64,000 nucleotides of DNA from an uncultured Acidobacteriota bacterium (lineage in GTDB: Bacteria; Acidobacteriota; Thermoanaerobaculia; UBA5066; Gp7-AA6), in the NCBI GenBank assembly GCA_963733815.1, contig CAVTEG010000006.1, forward strand, positions 289,956 to 353,955. The letters are read 5' to 3'. Within the stretch, counting starts at the first letter, position 1. Each line of letters opens with the position of its first letter. Of this stretch, positions 1 to 8,645 are shown one piece after another. The notes under the pieces were generated by a model that saw only the letters and a list, made by a program, of their open reading frames with translations, was not told where the DNA came from and did not search any database. The translations under genes were made by a program, and so were the position numbers.

Positions 1-77
1 ATCTGATCCGCGATCTTGTCGGGGTGCCCTTCGGTGACCGATTCCGAAGTAAAGAAGTGCCTTCCTGTCTGCAGCAT
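1..77 (-). CDS. metK: S-adenosylmethionine synthetase, first 25 codons only (gene continues off the left edge)
   Basis: Reverse-strand ATG at 77..75 reads MLQTGRHFFTSESVTEGHPDKIADQ, the canonical MetK N-terminus with GHPDK. GAGGAG lies 8 nt upstream. Confidence 0.85.
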   Translation of the reverse strand, partial: MLQTGRHFFTSESVTEGHPDKIADQ

Positions 78-85
78 GCGTCAAC

Positions 86-108
86 TCTCCTCGGGAAAAG
101 GTTCGGGG
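86..108 (-). promoter_or_regulatory. Hairpin able to sequester the metK Shine-Dalgarno (RNA CUCCCCG-loop-CGAGGAG)
   Basis: On the minus-strand RNA, CUCCCCG (108..102) can pair with CGAGGAG (92..86) with one mismatch. GAGGAG is the SD for the ATG at 77. Confidence 0.3.
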
Positions 109-153
109 AGGCTCGTCAGAACCGCGAAGGCTAGCATTACCCAACGGCCGCCG

Positions 154-684
154 TCAAAGGATCCTCAGGAAATGGAAGACGTTGCGGCCGTATCCCCGAC
201 TCGAAACCCGGGCGAAACCTTCGAGGGACGGGGGTTTCTCGTCGGCGTCCGTCTGCAGGACGAGAACGCCGGCCGGGGACAGGAGGGGGGCGATCGCGGC
301 CAGGTCCCGAATCGCCCGCTCGCCGTCGCAGTAGGGAGGGTCGGCGAACACTACGTCGAAGCGCTCTCCCCTCTTCTCGAGATCGGCCACGGCGCTCGCC
401 GCGTCGGAGGCCAGCACCAGGACTTCCTCGTCGGCGCCGAGAGTCTCCCGCGCCCGGCGCAGAGCTCCGGCATCCGGGTCGACGAGGACGGCCCGGGCGG
501 CGCCGCGCGACACCGCTTCGAAGCCGACGGCGCCGGACCCGGCGAAGAGGTCGAGCACCCGGGCGCCGGCAATCTGCGGTCCGAGGATGTCGAAGAGGGC
601 TTCCCGCGCGCGCGACGAGGTCGGCCGCGCGCTCTCGGGAACGTCGAGTCTCCTCCCCTTCCAGCGGCCCGCGGCAATGCGCAC
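154..684 (-). CDS. rsmD: 16S rRNA (guanine966-N2)-methyltransferase RsmD
   Basis: The last 176 codons of ORF 154..1506 read VRIAAGRWKGRRL...LDLFAGSGAVGFEAVSRGA...VFADPPY (SAM MTase and DPPY motifs). GTG start at 684; the upstream part of the ORF is overlapped by a better gene. Confidence 0.85.
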   Translation of the reverse strand: MRIAAGRWKGRRLDVPESARPTSSRAREALFDILGPQIAGARVLDLFAGSGAVGFEAVSRGAARAVLVDPDAGALRRARETLGADEEVLVLASDAASAVADLEKRGERFDVVFADPPYCDGERAIRDLAAIAPLLSPAGVLVLQTDADEKPPSLEGFARVSSRGYGRNVFHFLRIL

Positions 685-716
685 GGAAGATCGGCCTCTG
701 CCTCTCCGCGCCGGCG

Positions 717-1379
717 TCACGGCTTCGGTTCGGGCGGCAGGAACCGGTAACGCAGCTCCTCGATCTTGACGAACTGCGCGTAGGGCTCCGTCACGCCGAC
801 GATCTCGACGAAACCCGAGTCCTTCTCGATGTGATCGACGCGGAAGACCACGCCGTCGAAACGTTTGAGCAGCGTGCCCGGCGGCAGCAGGTCCGGAGCG
901 AAGCGCGACTCGGGAGCCAGCGGCGACAGGAAGATTCCCTTGAGGCCTTCGAGGGCGACGCGCAATTCCGAAAACGCCTCGGGGCCGGTCGAGAATTCGT
1001 CGAACCGCACGTTCTTCCGGCTGCCGTCCGGCCGCGCGAGCGTGACGGAGGAGGACGTGGCGAGGTCGGCGGTCAGCCGCGTACGGAGATCCCCGGGGAT
1101 CTTGTCGAGCTCGGGGCGCGCGAAGAATTCGCAGTAGAACTTTCGCTCGCCCGGCGACAGGGGCTGGCGCTTGACCTGGTCGCGGCCGTCGTGGCTGGTT
1201 TTCCAGACGAGCATCCCGTCGCGGAAAACCGTCAGCCGGTCGTAGCCGGCGCTCGACTGCCGGATCCACTCGGCGCAGAACGTCGGGCCGGGCTCGGGCG
1301 TCGGCGTCGGCGTCGGCGTCGGCGAGGACTCTGGTGCCGCGAACGCCAGGACGAGCACGGCCGCCGTCAACGCGCTCAT
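717..1379 (-). CDS. Hypothetical exported protein (signal peptide followed by a TP-repeat linker)
   Basis: MSALTAAVLVLAFAAP... then TPTPTPTPEP, with balanced composition afterwards. Its ATG overlaps the cca stop (ATGA at 1376-1379). Confidence 0.7.
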   Translation of the reverse strand: MSALTAAVLVLAFAAPESSPTPTPTPTPEPGPTFCAEWIRQSSAGYDRLTVFRDGMLVWKTSHDGRDQVKRQPLSPGERKFYCEFFARPELDKIPGDLRTRLTADLATSSSVTLARPDGSRKNVRFDEFSTGPEAFSELRVALEGLKGIFLSPLAPESRFAPDLLPPGTLLKRFDGVVFRVDHIEKDSGFVEIVGVTEPYAQFVKIEELRYRFLPPEPKP

Positions 1380-2608
1380 CGGACGCGTGCTGCACGCAAT
1401 GCGAAGGCCAGCTCCTCGTCGGGCCCGATCCGGCCGTCTTCGCGAGCCGCCCGCGTGCGCGCCAGCGCGATTCCGATTCGCGGCCCGGCGGGAACGCCCG
1501 CGACAACCAGGTCCGTTCCTGAAATCGTCAGCGCCGGAGGCTCGCCGATCGCGAGAATGGCGCGGCGGTCGCGCGGCGATGCCAGTGCGGCCGCGGCGAC
1601 GCGCTCCTCGGGCTCCAGGCCCTCCACCCGGCGAAATCGATGCGATGCGGGCCGGTCCGCGAAACCGGCTCCCAGGAGCCTGCGCGCCCGCGACCAGGAG
1701 AGCAGCCGGGAGCGATCGCGTCCCGCGAAGCCGAGGCGATCCGCGAGGCGCCCGAGCGTACCGATCCGCGCGTCCCCCATCCAGGCGAAAAGGTAGCAGA
1801 GCCAGCCCGGCTCCGGGCGCCTCCGGCGGGCCAGGAGCTCGGCGGCGAGGAGGCGCCGCGAGGCGCCGGGCCGGACCAGCGCCGGAGAGATCGCGGCGGC
1901 CAGGCCAAGCGATACGAGACGCGCTGCCGCTCGGCCGCGCCTCTCCTCGGAGAGGAGCAGCGCGAGCTCGCGCCGCAGGCGATCCCCCGACACGCCGCGA
2001 AAAGCTCCGGTGCCGACCGCTGCGGACATGGCGAGGCGCGCCTCGGGCGCGATCCGAAACCCGAGGCGGTTCGCGTAGCGCACTGCTCGCACGGCCCGGG
2101 TCGGGTCGTCCTCGGGCGAGCGAGGGTGCAGGAATCGGATTCGCCCGGCGTCGAGGTCGGCGCGGCCCCCGAAGGGATCCACGAGGCGCCGGCGCGGATG
2201 GAGCTCCAGGGCCATGGCATTGACGGTGAAGTCTCGCCGCGCCAGGTCCTCCTCGATCGGACCGCCTTCCACGACGTCGGGCAGCGCGCCGGGCCGCGAG
2301 TAGGTTTCGCGCCGCGTGGCGGCAACGTCGATCTTCTCGCCCGAGGGGAGCTCGATCGTCGCGGTTCCGAAACGGCCGTGCGCGCGATGCCTCGCGCCGA
2401 GCCGCTCCGTGAGAGAGCGCGCGTAGCCCGCGGCGTCCCCCTCGATCACCAGGTCCACGTCGTGCACGTCCCGGTCCAGAAGGAGATCCCGGACGACGCC
2501 GCCGGCCAGGTACAGCCGTTCGCCGCGTTGCCGTGCCAGGGCGCGCGCGAGCCCGATCGCGGCGCGGACCCGCCGGGGAAGCGCGGAAAGACTCGGGCTA
2601 GCCCGCAT
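1376..2608 (-). CDS. cca: tRNA nucleotidyltransferase / poly(A) polymerase family protein (CCA-adding enzyme-like)
   Basis: LYLAGGVVRDLLLDRDVHDVDLV and RRDFTVNAMA are motifs of class II nucleotidyltransferases. 410 aa. Confidence 0.8.
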   Translation of the reverse strand: MRASPSLSALPRRVRAAIGLARALARQRGERLYLAGGVVRDLLLDRDVHDVDLVIEGDAAGYARSLTERLGARHRAHGRFGTATIELPSGEKIDVAATRRETYSRPGALPDVVEGGPIEEDLARRDFTVNAMALELHPRRRLVDPFGGRADLDAGRIRFLHPRSPEDDPTRAVRAVRYANRLGFRIAPEARLAMSAAVGTGAFRGVSGDRLRRELALLLSEERRGRAAARLVSLGLAAAISPALVRPGASRRLLAAELLARRRRPEPGWLCYLFAWMGDARIGTLGRLADRLGFAGRDRSRLLSWSRARRLLGAGFADRPASHRFRRVEGLEPEERVAAAALASPRDRRAILAIGEPPALTISGTDLVVAGVPAGPRIGIALARTRAAREDGRIGPDEELAFALRAARVR

Positions 2609-2652
2609 TGTTCATGATCGACTCCAGCCGCCGCTCGGATCTTTTCCGCCGA

Positions 2653-2777
2653 TGCGTCGTCATCGCTCCTCGGCGATGCGCTGCGGCATCGCCGTCGTCG
2701 CGCTTCCTCGCCTCGACGAAAAATCTCTGTCGCGGGCAAGCGGTTGCGCCGCTGGGTCTTCACCCACCCCTCGCACG
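2653..2777 (-). repeat. Partial copy (minus orientation) of the intergenic element at 7045..7310
   Basis: The reverse complement contains AGGAAGCGCGACGACGGCGATG..CGCATCGCCGAGGAGCGATGACGACGCA. The other copy reads AGGAAGCGCGACGACGCCGATG..CGCATCGGCGAGGAGCGATGACGCCGCA at 7104..7158. A GGGTG..TGAAGA arm-like stretch lies at 2762..2777. Confidence 0.6.
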
Positions 2778-2836
2778 ACCTGTTCCGGCGACCGAACGTT
2801 CCCGTGCTTCGGCCGGGTGATCACGAACAATCCGGG

Positions 2837-5800
2837 CTAGAAGACGTACTCGACGGACCCCTCCCCCGCCAGAGCCTGGATCTCGCTCGTGAGCCTGGCG
2901 GAAGGAGCGATCCGCATCGAATCCGCGGTCCGGAGCGTCGCTTCGAACTCTCCCGGGCGAATCAGGCGGATCGAGACGGGAGTCGTACCGGGATGGAGGC
3001 GGAGCCTCTCCTGGAGGCGCGCGAGCACGTTTTCGTCGGCGTACGCCAGGTTGACGCGGATCGCGAGCTCTCGCGCCCGGCGCTCGCGGATTCCTTCCAG
3101 CGGCGTGATCTCCTGCACCGTCAGCTCCAGGGCGCCGCCCGCCTCGCGGACGACGGCGGTGGCGAGCACGGGAAGATCGTCGCGAACCCAGCCCTGAACC
3201 CGTTCGTAGAGGCTGGCGAAGATCGCCACCGGGAGGCTGCCGCTGGTGTCTTCGAGCGTGGCCTTCAGCATCGTCTTGCCTTCGTTGATGCCTTTCTTGA
3301 TCTTCTGCTTCTTCAGGTTGACGAGCACCCCGGCCACGCGCACCGACTGCTCGACGCGGGAAGGCAGGTCCGCGATCCGCGACTCGGCGAAGCGCTCGAT
3401 CTCGTCGGAAAAGCGCGTGAGGGGATGGCCCGTGACGTAGAAGCCGAGCGTGTCCTTCTCTCCCTTGAGCCGCTGGTCCAGGGCCCACTCGGCCTGCTCC
3501 GGAAAATCATCCGCCGCCGGCCCGTCCTCGACGGCGCCTCCGCCGAAGAGGTTGCTCTGCCCGAGCTCCGATTCCTCGCGCAGCCGAGCCGCCTGGGCCA
3601 GGACCCTCTCCGATGCGAGCGAGAGCGTGGCCCGATTCTTCCCCAGCGAGTCGAAGGCTCCGGCGGCGATGAGCGCGTCGAGCGTGCGCTTGTTGACGAG
3701 GCGCGAGTCCAGGCGCTGGGCGAAGTCGGTGAACGACGCGAAGGGACGCTTGCGCCGCTCCTCGAGGACCGATTGCGCCGCGGCCTCGCCGACGCCCTTG
3801 ATCGCGGCCAGCCCGAATCGGATCGCTCGACCGACGGCGGCAAAGCTCTCGGCGGATTCGTTGATGTCCGGCGGAAGGACCGCGATGCCCGACTCCTGGC
3901 AGTCTCCGAGAACCTTGACGATCCCGTCGGTCGAGCCGATCTCCGCGGACAGGTTGGCGGCGAAGAAATCCACCGGGTAATGGGCTTTCAGGTACGCCGT
4001 CTTGTACGCGACCAGCGCATAGGCGACGGCGTGCGACTTGTTGAAGCCATAACGCGCGAAAGGCTCGATGAGGGCCCAGAGCTCCTGCGCCTTCTTCTTG
4101 GGCGTGCCGTGCTCGACGGCCCGACGCATGAACTTCTCGGCCTCGGCCTGCATGATCTCGCGCTTCTTCTTGCCGATCGCCTTGCGCAGCAGGTCCGCCT
4201 CGGCGAGCGAGTACCCGGCCACGGACTGGGCGATCCGCATGACCTGTTCCTGATAGACCAGTATCCCCAGCGTCTCGGAGAGGATCGGTTCGAGCTCGGG
4301 CAACGGATACGTGACGCGGCTGGTCCCGCCGCGGCGGCGCACGTAGTCTTCGACGGTGCCCGCGTCGAGCGCGCCGGGCCGGTAGAGGGCGTTCAACGCC
4401 GCCAGGTCCACGAACACGCGCGGCTTCGCCCGGCGCAGCAGGTCGCGCATGCCGCCGGAGTCGAACTGGAAGACGCAGGCCGTCTTCCCGGAGCGGAAGA
4501 GCTCGAACGTCGGCTCGTCGTCGAGCGGCAGATGGTCGAGGTCGAGCGTGACTCCCAGGCGCTCTTTTACGGCGGCGGCCGTGGCCTCGAGAACATCGAG
4601 CGTGATGAGGCCCAGGAAATCGATCTTCAGCAGTCCCATCTTCTCGACGGCGTTCATGTCGAACTGCGTCGTGATTTCGTCCTTGTTCGTGCGGTAGAGA
4701 GGCAGGTACTCGGTGATCGGCCGTGGAGCGATGACCACGCCGGCCGCGTGCATGCCGGCGTGCCGCGAGAGACCCTCCAGCCGCTCGGCGATGCGGACGA
4801 CCTTGGCGATGGACTCGTCGGAGCGCATCGCCTCCTTGAGGCCCGGCGAGTCGCGGAACGCGCGCTCGAAATTGACGTCCGGCCCGTCGGGCACCATCTT
4901 GGCGATCCTGTCGCCCAGCGCGACGGGCAACGACAGCACGCGCGTGACGTCGCGGACCGCGAGCTTGGGCTTCAGCTGCGAGAAGGTCACGATCTGGGCA
5001 ACGTTTTCGCGGCCGTACTTGCGGGTCACGTACTCGATGACCTCGCCCCGGCGCGCCTGGCAGAAATCGATGTCGATGTCGGGCATCGAGATGCGTTCCG
5101 GATTCAGAAACCGCTCGAAGAGGAGGTCGTAGCGCAGCGGATCGATCTCGGTGATGCGCAGGGCCCACGACACGATCGAGCCGGCGGCGCTGCCGCGGCC
5201 CGGACCCACGGCGATGCCGATCTCGCGGGCATGGCGGATGAAGTCCGACACGATCAGGAAGTAGGACGGGAATCCCATTTTCTCGATCACGCCGATCTCG
5301 TACTCGAGACGCTCGCGATACTTCTCGGGAGCGATCCGCTCGGCGCCGGCGGGCGACTCGGCGGCGAGCTCGGAGAGGCGCCGGGCGAGACCCTCGCGGG
5401 CGAGATCGCGGAAGTAATCGGCCGGTGGCTGCCCGTTCGGAGCGGCGAAGGTGGGAAGGTGGAGCCCTTCCGTGTCGAAGGACACCGCGCAGCGCTCGGC
5501 GATGGCCACGCTGTTGGAAACGGCCTCGAGGCTCCAGGAGCGGAAGCGCGCCTTCATCTCCTCGGGGTCCTTGACGTAGAACTCGTCGTTGTAGAACCGC
5601 ATCCGCCGCTCGTCCTCGAGGGTCTTCCCCATGCCGATGCAGAGGAGGACCTCGTGCGGAAAGGCGTCGTCCCTTCGGAGGTAGTGGCTGTCGTTCGTCG
5701 CGACGACCGGCGCTCCGGTCTCCTTCGACAGGCGCAGCAGCTCCGGGACGATGGCGGTCTGCTGCGGCAGCCCGTGATCCATGATCTCGACGTAGAAGTT

Positions 5801-6325
5801 GCCTTTGCCGAAGATCTCCTCGTACTCGCGGAAGGCCTTGATGGCGGCCGGATAGTTGCCCCGCGAGAGCGCCCCCGCGACTTCTCCCTTGAGGCAACCC
5901 GAGAGGCCGATGAGGCCCTCCGCGTGCTCCCGAAGCAGGGCCTTGTCCATCCGCGGGCGATGGTAGAAGCCCGTCAGGTAGGCCTCGGAGACGAGCCGAA
6001 CGAGATTGCGGTAGCCCTTCTGCGTCGCGGCCAGGAGCGTCAGGTGATACGCGTAACCCTCGCCGGACTCGCTCGCGGCCGTGGCCTCGCGGTCCGTCCG
6101 GTCGGCGGGCGCAATGTAGGCCTCCACTCCCACGATCGGGCGGATGCCGTTCTGGAGCGCTTCGTGGAAGAAGTGAAACGCTCCGAACATGTTGCCGTGA
6201 TCGGTGACCGCGACCGCCGGCATGCCAAGCTCCGCGACGCGCCGGCAGAGCTCCGGAAGCCGGTTCGCACCGTCGAGGAGGGAGTATTGACTGTGAAGAT
6301 GGAGGTGGACGAAGTCGCCGGGCAT
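2837..6325 (-). CDS. dnaE: DNA polymerase III alpha subunit
   Basis: 1162 aa. PHP-domain N-terminus MPGDFVHLHLHSQYSLLDG, a conserved polymerase core, and an OB-fold C-terminus. Confidence 0.97.
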   Translation of the reverse strand: MPGDFVHLHLHSQYSLLDGANRLPELCRRVAELGMPAVAVTDHGNMFGAFHFFHEALQNGIRPIVGVEAYIAPADRTDREATAASESGEGYAYHLTLLAATQKGYRNLVRLVSEAYLTGFYHRPRMDKALLREHAEGLIGLSGCLKGEVAGALSRGNYPAAIKAFREYEEIFGKGNFYVEIMDHGLPQQTAIVPELLRLSKETGAPVVATNDSHYLRRDDAFPHEVLLCIGMGKTLEDERRMRFYNDEFYVKDPEEMKARFRSWSLEAVSNSVAIAERCAVSFDTEGLHLPTFAAPNGQPPADYFRDLAREGLARRLSELAAESPAGAERIAPEKYRERLEYEIGVIEKMGFPSYFLIVSDFIRHAREIGIAVGPGRGSAAGSIVSWALRITEIDPLRYDLLFERFLNPERISMPDIDIDFCQARRGEVIEYVTRKYGRENVAQIVTFSQLKPKLAVRDVTRVLSLPVALGDRIAKMVPDGPDVNFERAFRDSPGLKEAMRSDESIAKVVRIAERLEGLSRHAGMHAAGVVIAPRPITEYLPLYRTNKDEITTQFDMNAVEKMGLLKIDFLGLITLDVLEATAAAVKERLGVTLDLDHLPLDDEPTFELFRSGKTACVFQFDSGGMRDLLRRAKPRVFVDLAALNALYRPGALDAGTVEDYVRRRGGTSRVTYPLPELEPILSETLGILVYQEQVMRIAQSVAGYSLAEADLLRKAIGKKKREIMQAEAEKFMRRAVEHGTPKKKAQELWALIEPFARYGFNKSHAVAYALVAYKTAYLKAHYPVDFFAANLSAEIGSTDGIVKVLGDCQESGIAVLPPDINESAESFAAVGRAIRFGLAAIKGVGEAAAQSVLEERRKRPFASFTDFAQRLDSRLVNKRTLDALIAAGAFDSLGKNRATLSLASERVLAQAARLREESELGQSNLFGGGAVEDGPAADDFPEQAEWALDQRLKGEKDTLGFYVTGHPLTRFSDEIERFAESRIADLPSRVEQSVRVAGVLVNLKKQKIKKGINEGKTMLKATLEDTSGSLPVAIFASLYERVQGWVRDDLPVLATAVVREAGGALELTVQEITPLEGIRERRARELAIRVNLAYADENVLARLQERLRLHPGTTPVSIRLIRPGEFEATLRTADSMRIAPSARLTSEIQALAGEGSVEYVF

Positions 6326-6399
6326 TGAAGTCCGATTCTAGCGATGGTCATCGCCGCCAACAAGCCGCGATACTCTCTCTCGCCAGCGAGGAGAAAGGG

Positions 6400-7047
6400 A
6401 TGTCCGCTGTCGCAATCGTTTTCCTGCTCGCCGCGTCGCTCGTCCCATCGCCGGACCCCAAGGGCCCAGCCGCGAAGCCCATCGCGCCCGACGCGGTCTT
6501 CACGCCGGCGTCGACCTTCATGGACGATCTTCACCAGAGTTGTGCCGCGCAGTCGGGCGACGCGCTGGGAGAGTGTTTCCTGGCCCAGATGAAAAAAGCG
6601 GGCGCTCCTCCGGCGGCTCTGGCCTTCACGCGGCGGACCGGCAACCAGGCGTACCTCAAGGCTCTCCACGAGACCGGCAACGTGGACGTAGCGCTCGCCG
6701 TGTACCCGTTTCGCGCCAACGAGAACGAGGTCTGGCTTCTGGTCAACGGGAACCCTCCGCTGATCGACGTCGAAAACACGGCGCCGGTCCAGAAGCTCCT
6801 GGAGCCCAACGCGGTCTACAGGGGGCTCAAGCTGGACAATCCGAACGTGTCGGTCTTTCCGCGCTCGATTAAGGACGGCCCGCGAGTCCTCTCTGCGAAG
6901 CAGGGACAGCGCTTCGCCGTGCCCTACGACCTGAAGGACTGCCATGCCTGCAAGCCCGTCGGCTACACGGCGGTGGCATACGTGTTCGATGCCGCGGGGA
7001 ACTTCGTCGGTCCGGAGCTGGGACAGGTCAAGCCCTACTATCACTAG
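6400..7047 (+). CDS. Hypothetical exported protein
   Basis: ATG at 6400 is preceded by GGAGAAAGGG. Signal-like MSAVAIVFLLAASLV, with non-repetitive composition. Confidence 0.65.
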   Translation: MSAVAIVFLLAASLVPSPDPKGPAAKPIAPDAVFTPASTFMDDLHQSCAAQSGDALGECFLAQMKKAGAPPAALAFTRRTGNQAYLKALHETGNVDVALAVYPFRANENEVWLLVNGNPPLIDVENTAPVQKLLEPNAVYRGLKLDNPNVSVFPRSIKDGPRVLSAKQGQRFAVPYDLKDCHACKPVGYTAVAYVFDAAGNFVGPELGQVKPYYH

Positions 7048-7310
7048 CAGGGTGCTGAAGAATGGCGTGAGGCGGCGTTACGAGCGCCGCGGGGTCAGAT
7101 GCAAGGAAGCGCGACGACGCCGATGTGGGCGCATCGGCGAGGAGCGATGACGCCGCAGATGGCCCCGCGCCGCCGTAACCCGAAGGGCGGACGGCACGTT
7201 GCCGGCGCACGCTCAAGCCGAGTCGAGCGCGAGTTCGGCAGCGCCCGAACCGAGCGTCGCATGCAACGTGCCGGACGCGACGCCCGCGTCCATTCTTCAG
7301 CAGCCTGCTA
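7045..7310 (+). repeat. 266-nt self-complementary intergenic element bounded by 21-nt inverted repeats
   Basis: 7045-7065 TAGCAGGGTGCTGAAGAATGG matches the reverse complement of 7290-7310 at 20/21 positions. Internal helices: 7193-7202/7263-7272 and 7119-7125/7132-7138. Confidence 0.7.
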
Positions 7311-7323
7311 AGCCCGGCGCGAC

Positions 7324-8645
7324 ATGCCCTTCCGCCGCGCCCTCAATACCTTCGACGCGACCATGGTGGTCGTCGGCGGGATCATCGGTTCGGGTATCTT
7401 CATCCTCCCTTCCGTCGTGGCCCAGCGTCTTCCGTCGGCGGGCCTCGTCCTCATGGCCTGGCTCGTCGGAGGTGCCATCGCTCTGGCGGGAGCTCTCGCC
7501 TTCGCCGAGCTCGCCTCGCTTTTCCCGAAGGCCGGAGGCGAGTACGTGTACCTGCGCGAGGCCTACCACCCGCTCGTGGCCTTCCTCTTTGGCTGGGCTT
7601 CACTCCTGATGATCCAGGGAGGCGGTCTGGGGGCCGTGGCCATTACGTTTTCGCAGTACGCCCTGCGCCTGATCGGCCGGGACTTGAACGCCTCCCTCGG
7701 CGCCGCGATCGCCATCGCGGTCGTGGCTGCGGTCAACATCGTCGGCGTGAAGCCGGGCAGCCGCCTCTTGAACGTGCTCGTGATCCTGAAGCTGGGGGCC
7801 CTGGCCGTCCTGATCGGAGGAGGGCTCCTGCTCGGACGCGCCTCGCCACCGACCTCCCCTGTGCCCGCGCCGGCGGCTGCGTTCGGACTGCCGATCCTCG
7901 CCTTCGGGGCGGCGCTCGTGCCGATCCTCTTCGCCTACGGAGGCTGGCAGAGCGTCAATCTGCTCGCCGAGGAGACCACGGAGCCGCGTCGCACGCTGCC
8001 GCGGGCCTTGCTGGCCGGAACGGCCATCGTGATCACGGTGTACCTGCTGGCCAATGTCGTCTATCTCACCGTGCTGTCGCGAGAGGGACTCGCGGCCACG
8101 CAGACTCCGGCCGCCGACGCGGTGGGCAAGATCCTGGGTCCGGGGGTGACCGCCTGATCTCGGCCGCGATCGCGGTCTCCGCCTTCGGATTTCTCGACCT
8201 GACTCTGCTCGCCCAGACCCGGATCTACTACGCGATGGGCGCGGACGGATCGTTCCTTCCGGCGCTGGGCCGGCTCCATCCCCGCTTCAAGACGCCGGTG
8301 CTCGCGATCGTCCTTCAGGCGGTCTGGGGCATCATCCTGGTCCTGACCGGAACATACGGCGAGCTCGTGGACTCCGTGGTCTTCGGCGACTGGATCTTCT
8401 TCGGACTGACCGTGGCCGCGGTCTTCCGTTTCCGCTCGCGCTTTCCCGTCGAGCGCCGCGACGCCGGGACCTTTCGTCTCCCCGGGCATCCGGTGGTCCC
8501 GGCGCTGTTCGTGGCGGCCGCGCTCCTCGTCGTCGCGAGCGCCATCCGCACCAATCCGAAACGGTCCGCGATCGGTGCGGCGCTGCTCGCGGCCGGCATC
8601 CCCGTCTACGTCTACTTCGAGCGACGACGAAGGAGCGAAACCTAG
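7324..8645 (+). pseudogene. APC-family amino acid permease, interrupted by a 1-nt frameshift at a G5 run
   Basis: ORF 7324..8157 (..AVGKILGPG) continues in another frame as GDRLISAAIAVSAFGF..MGADGSF.. (ORF 8235..8645). Reading the G5 run at 8142-8146 as G6 restores a 440-aa permease colinear with the paralog at 25184..26560. Confidence 0.8.

Noticed and set aside
2446-2763. 105-aa minus-strand ORF spanning the dnaE-cca spacer into cca
   Set aside because: It overlaps cca out of frame and has a basic low-complexity sequence. The spacer is better explained by the repeat element.
2744-6328. 1194-aa ORF on the + strand
   Set aside because: It is the exact antisense of dnaE. Its composition is dominated by R/A/G/L/D/E with no recognisable motifs. 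Long stop-free antisense frames are expected at this GC content.
7045-7310. Lysine riboswitch or SRP RNA identity for the structured element
   Set aside because: GAGGCGGCG and GAGGAGCG..GCCG loosely recall L-box segments, and GGTCAGATGCAAGGAAGC loosely recalls SRP domain IV (GGUCAGGUCCGGAAGGAAGC). However, I could not place the full set of conserved helices or the GGAA tetraloop. The presence of a second partial copy argues against a single-copy RNA gene. It is left as an unclassified element.
7099-7311. 70-aa ORF (MQGSATTPMWAHRRG...) inside the intergenic element
   Set aside because: The peptide is Arg-rich and not conserved with the second copy of the element, where an indel changes the frame. 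Conservation is at nucleotide/structure level. Only the short SD-ATG module is noted as a possible uORF.
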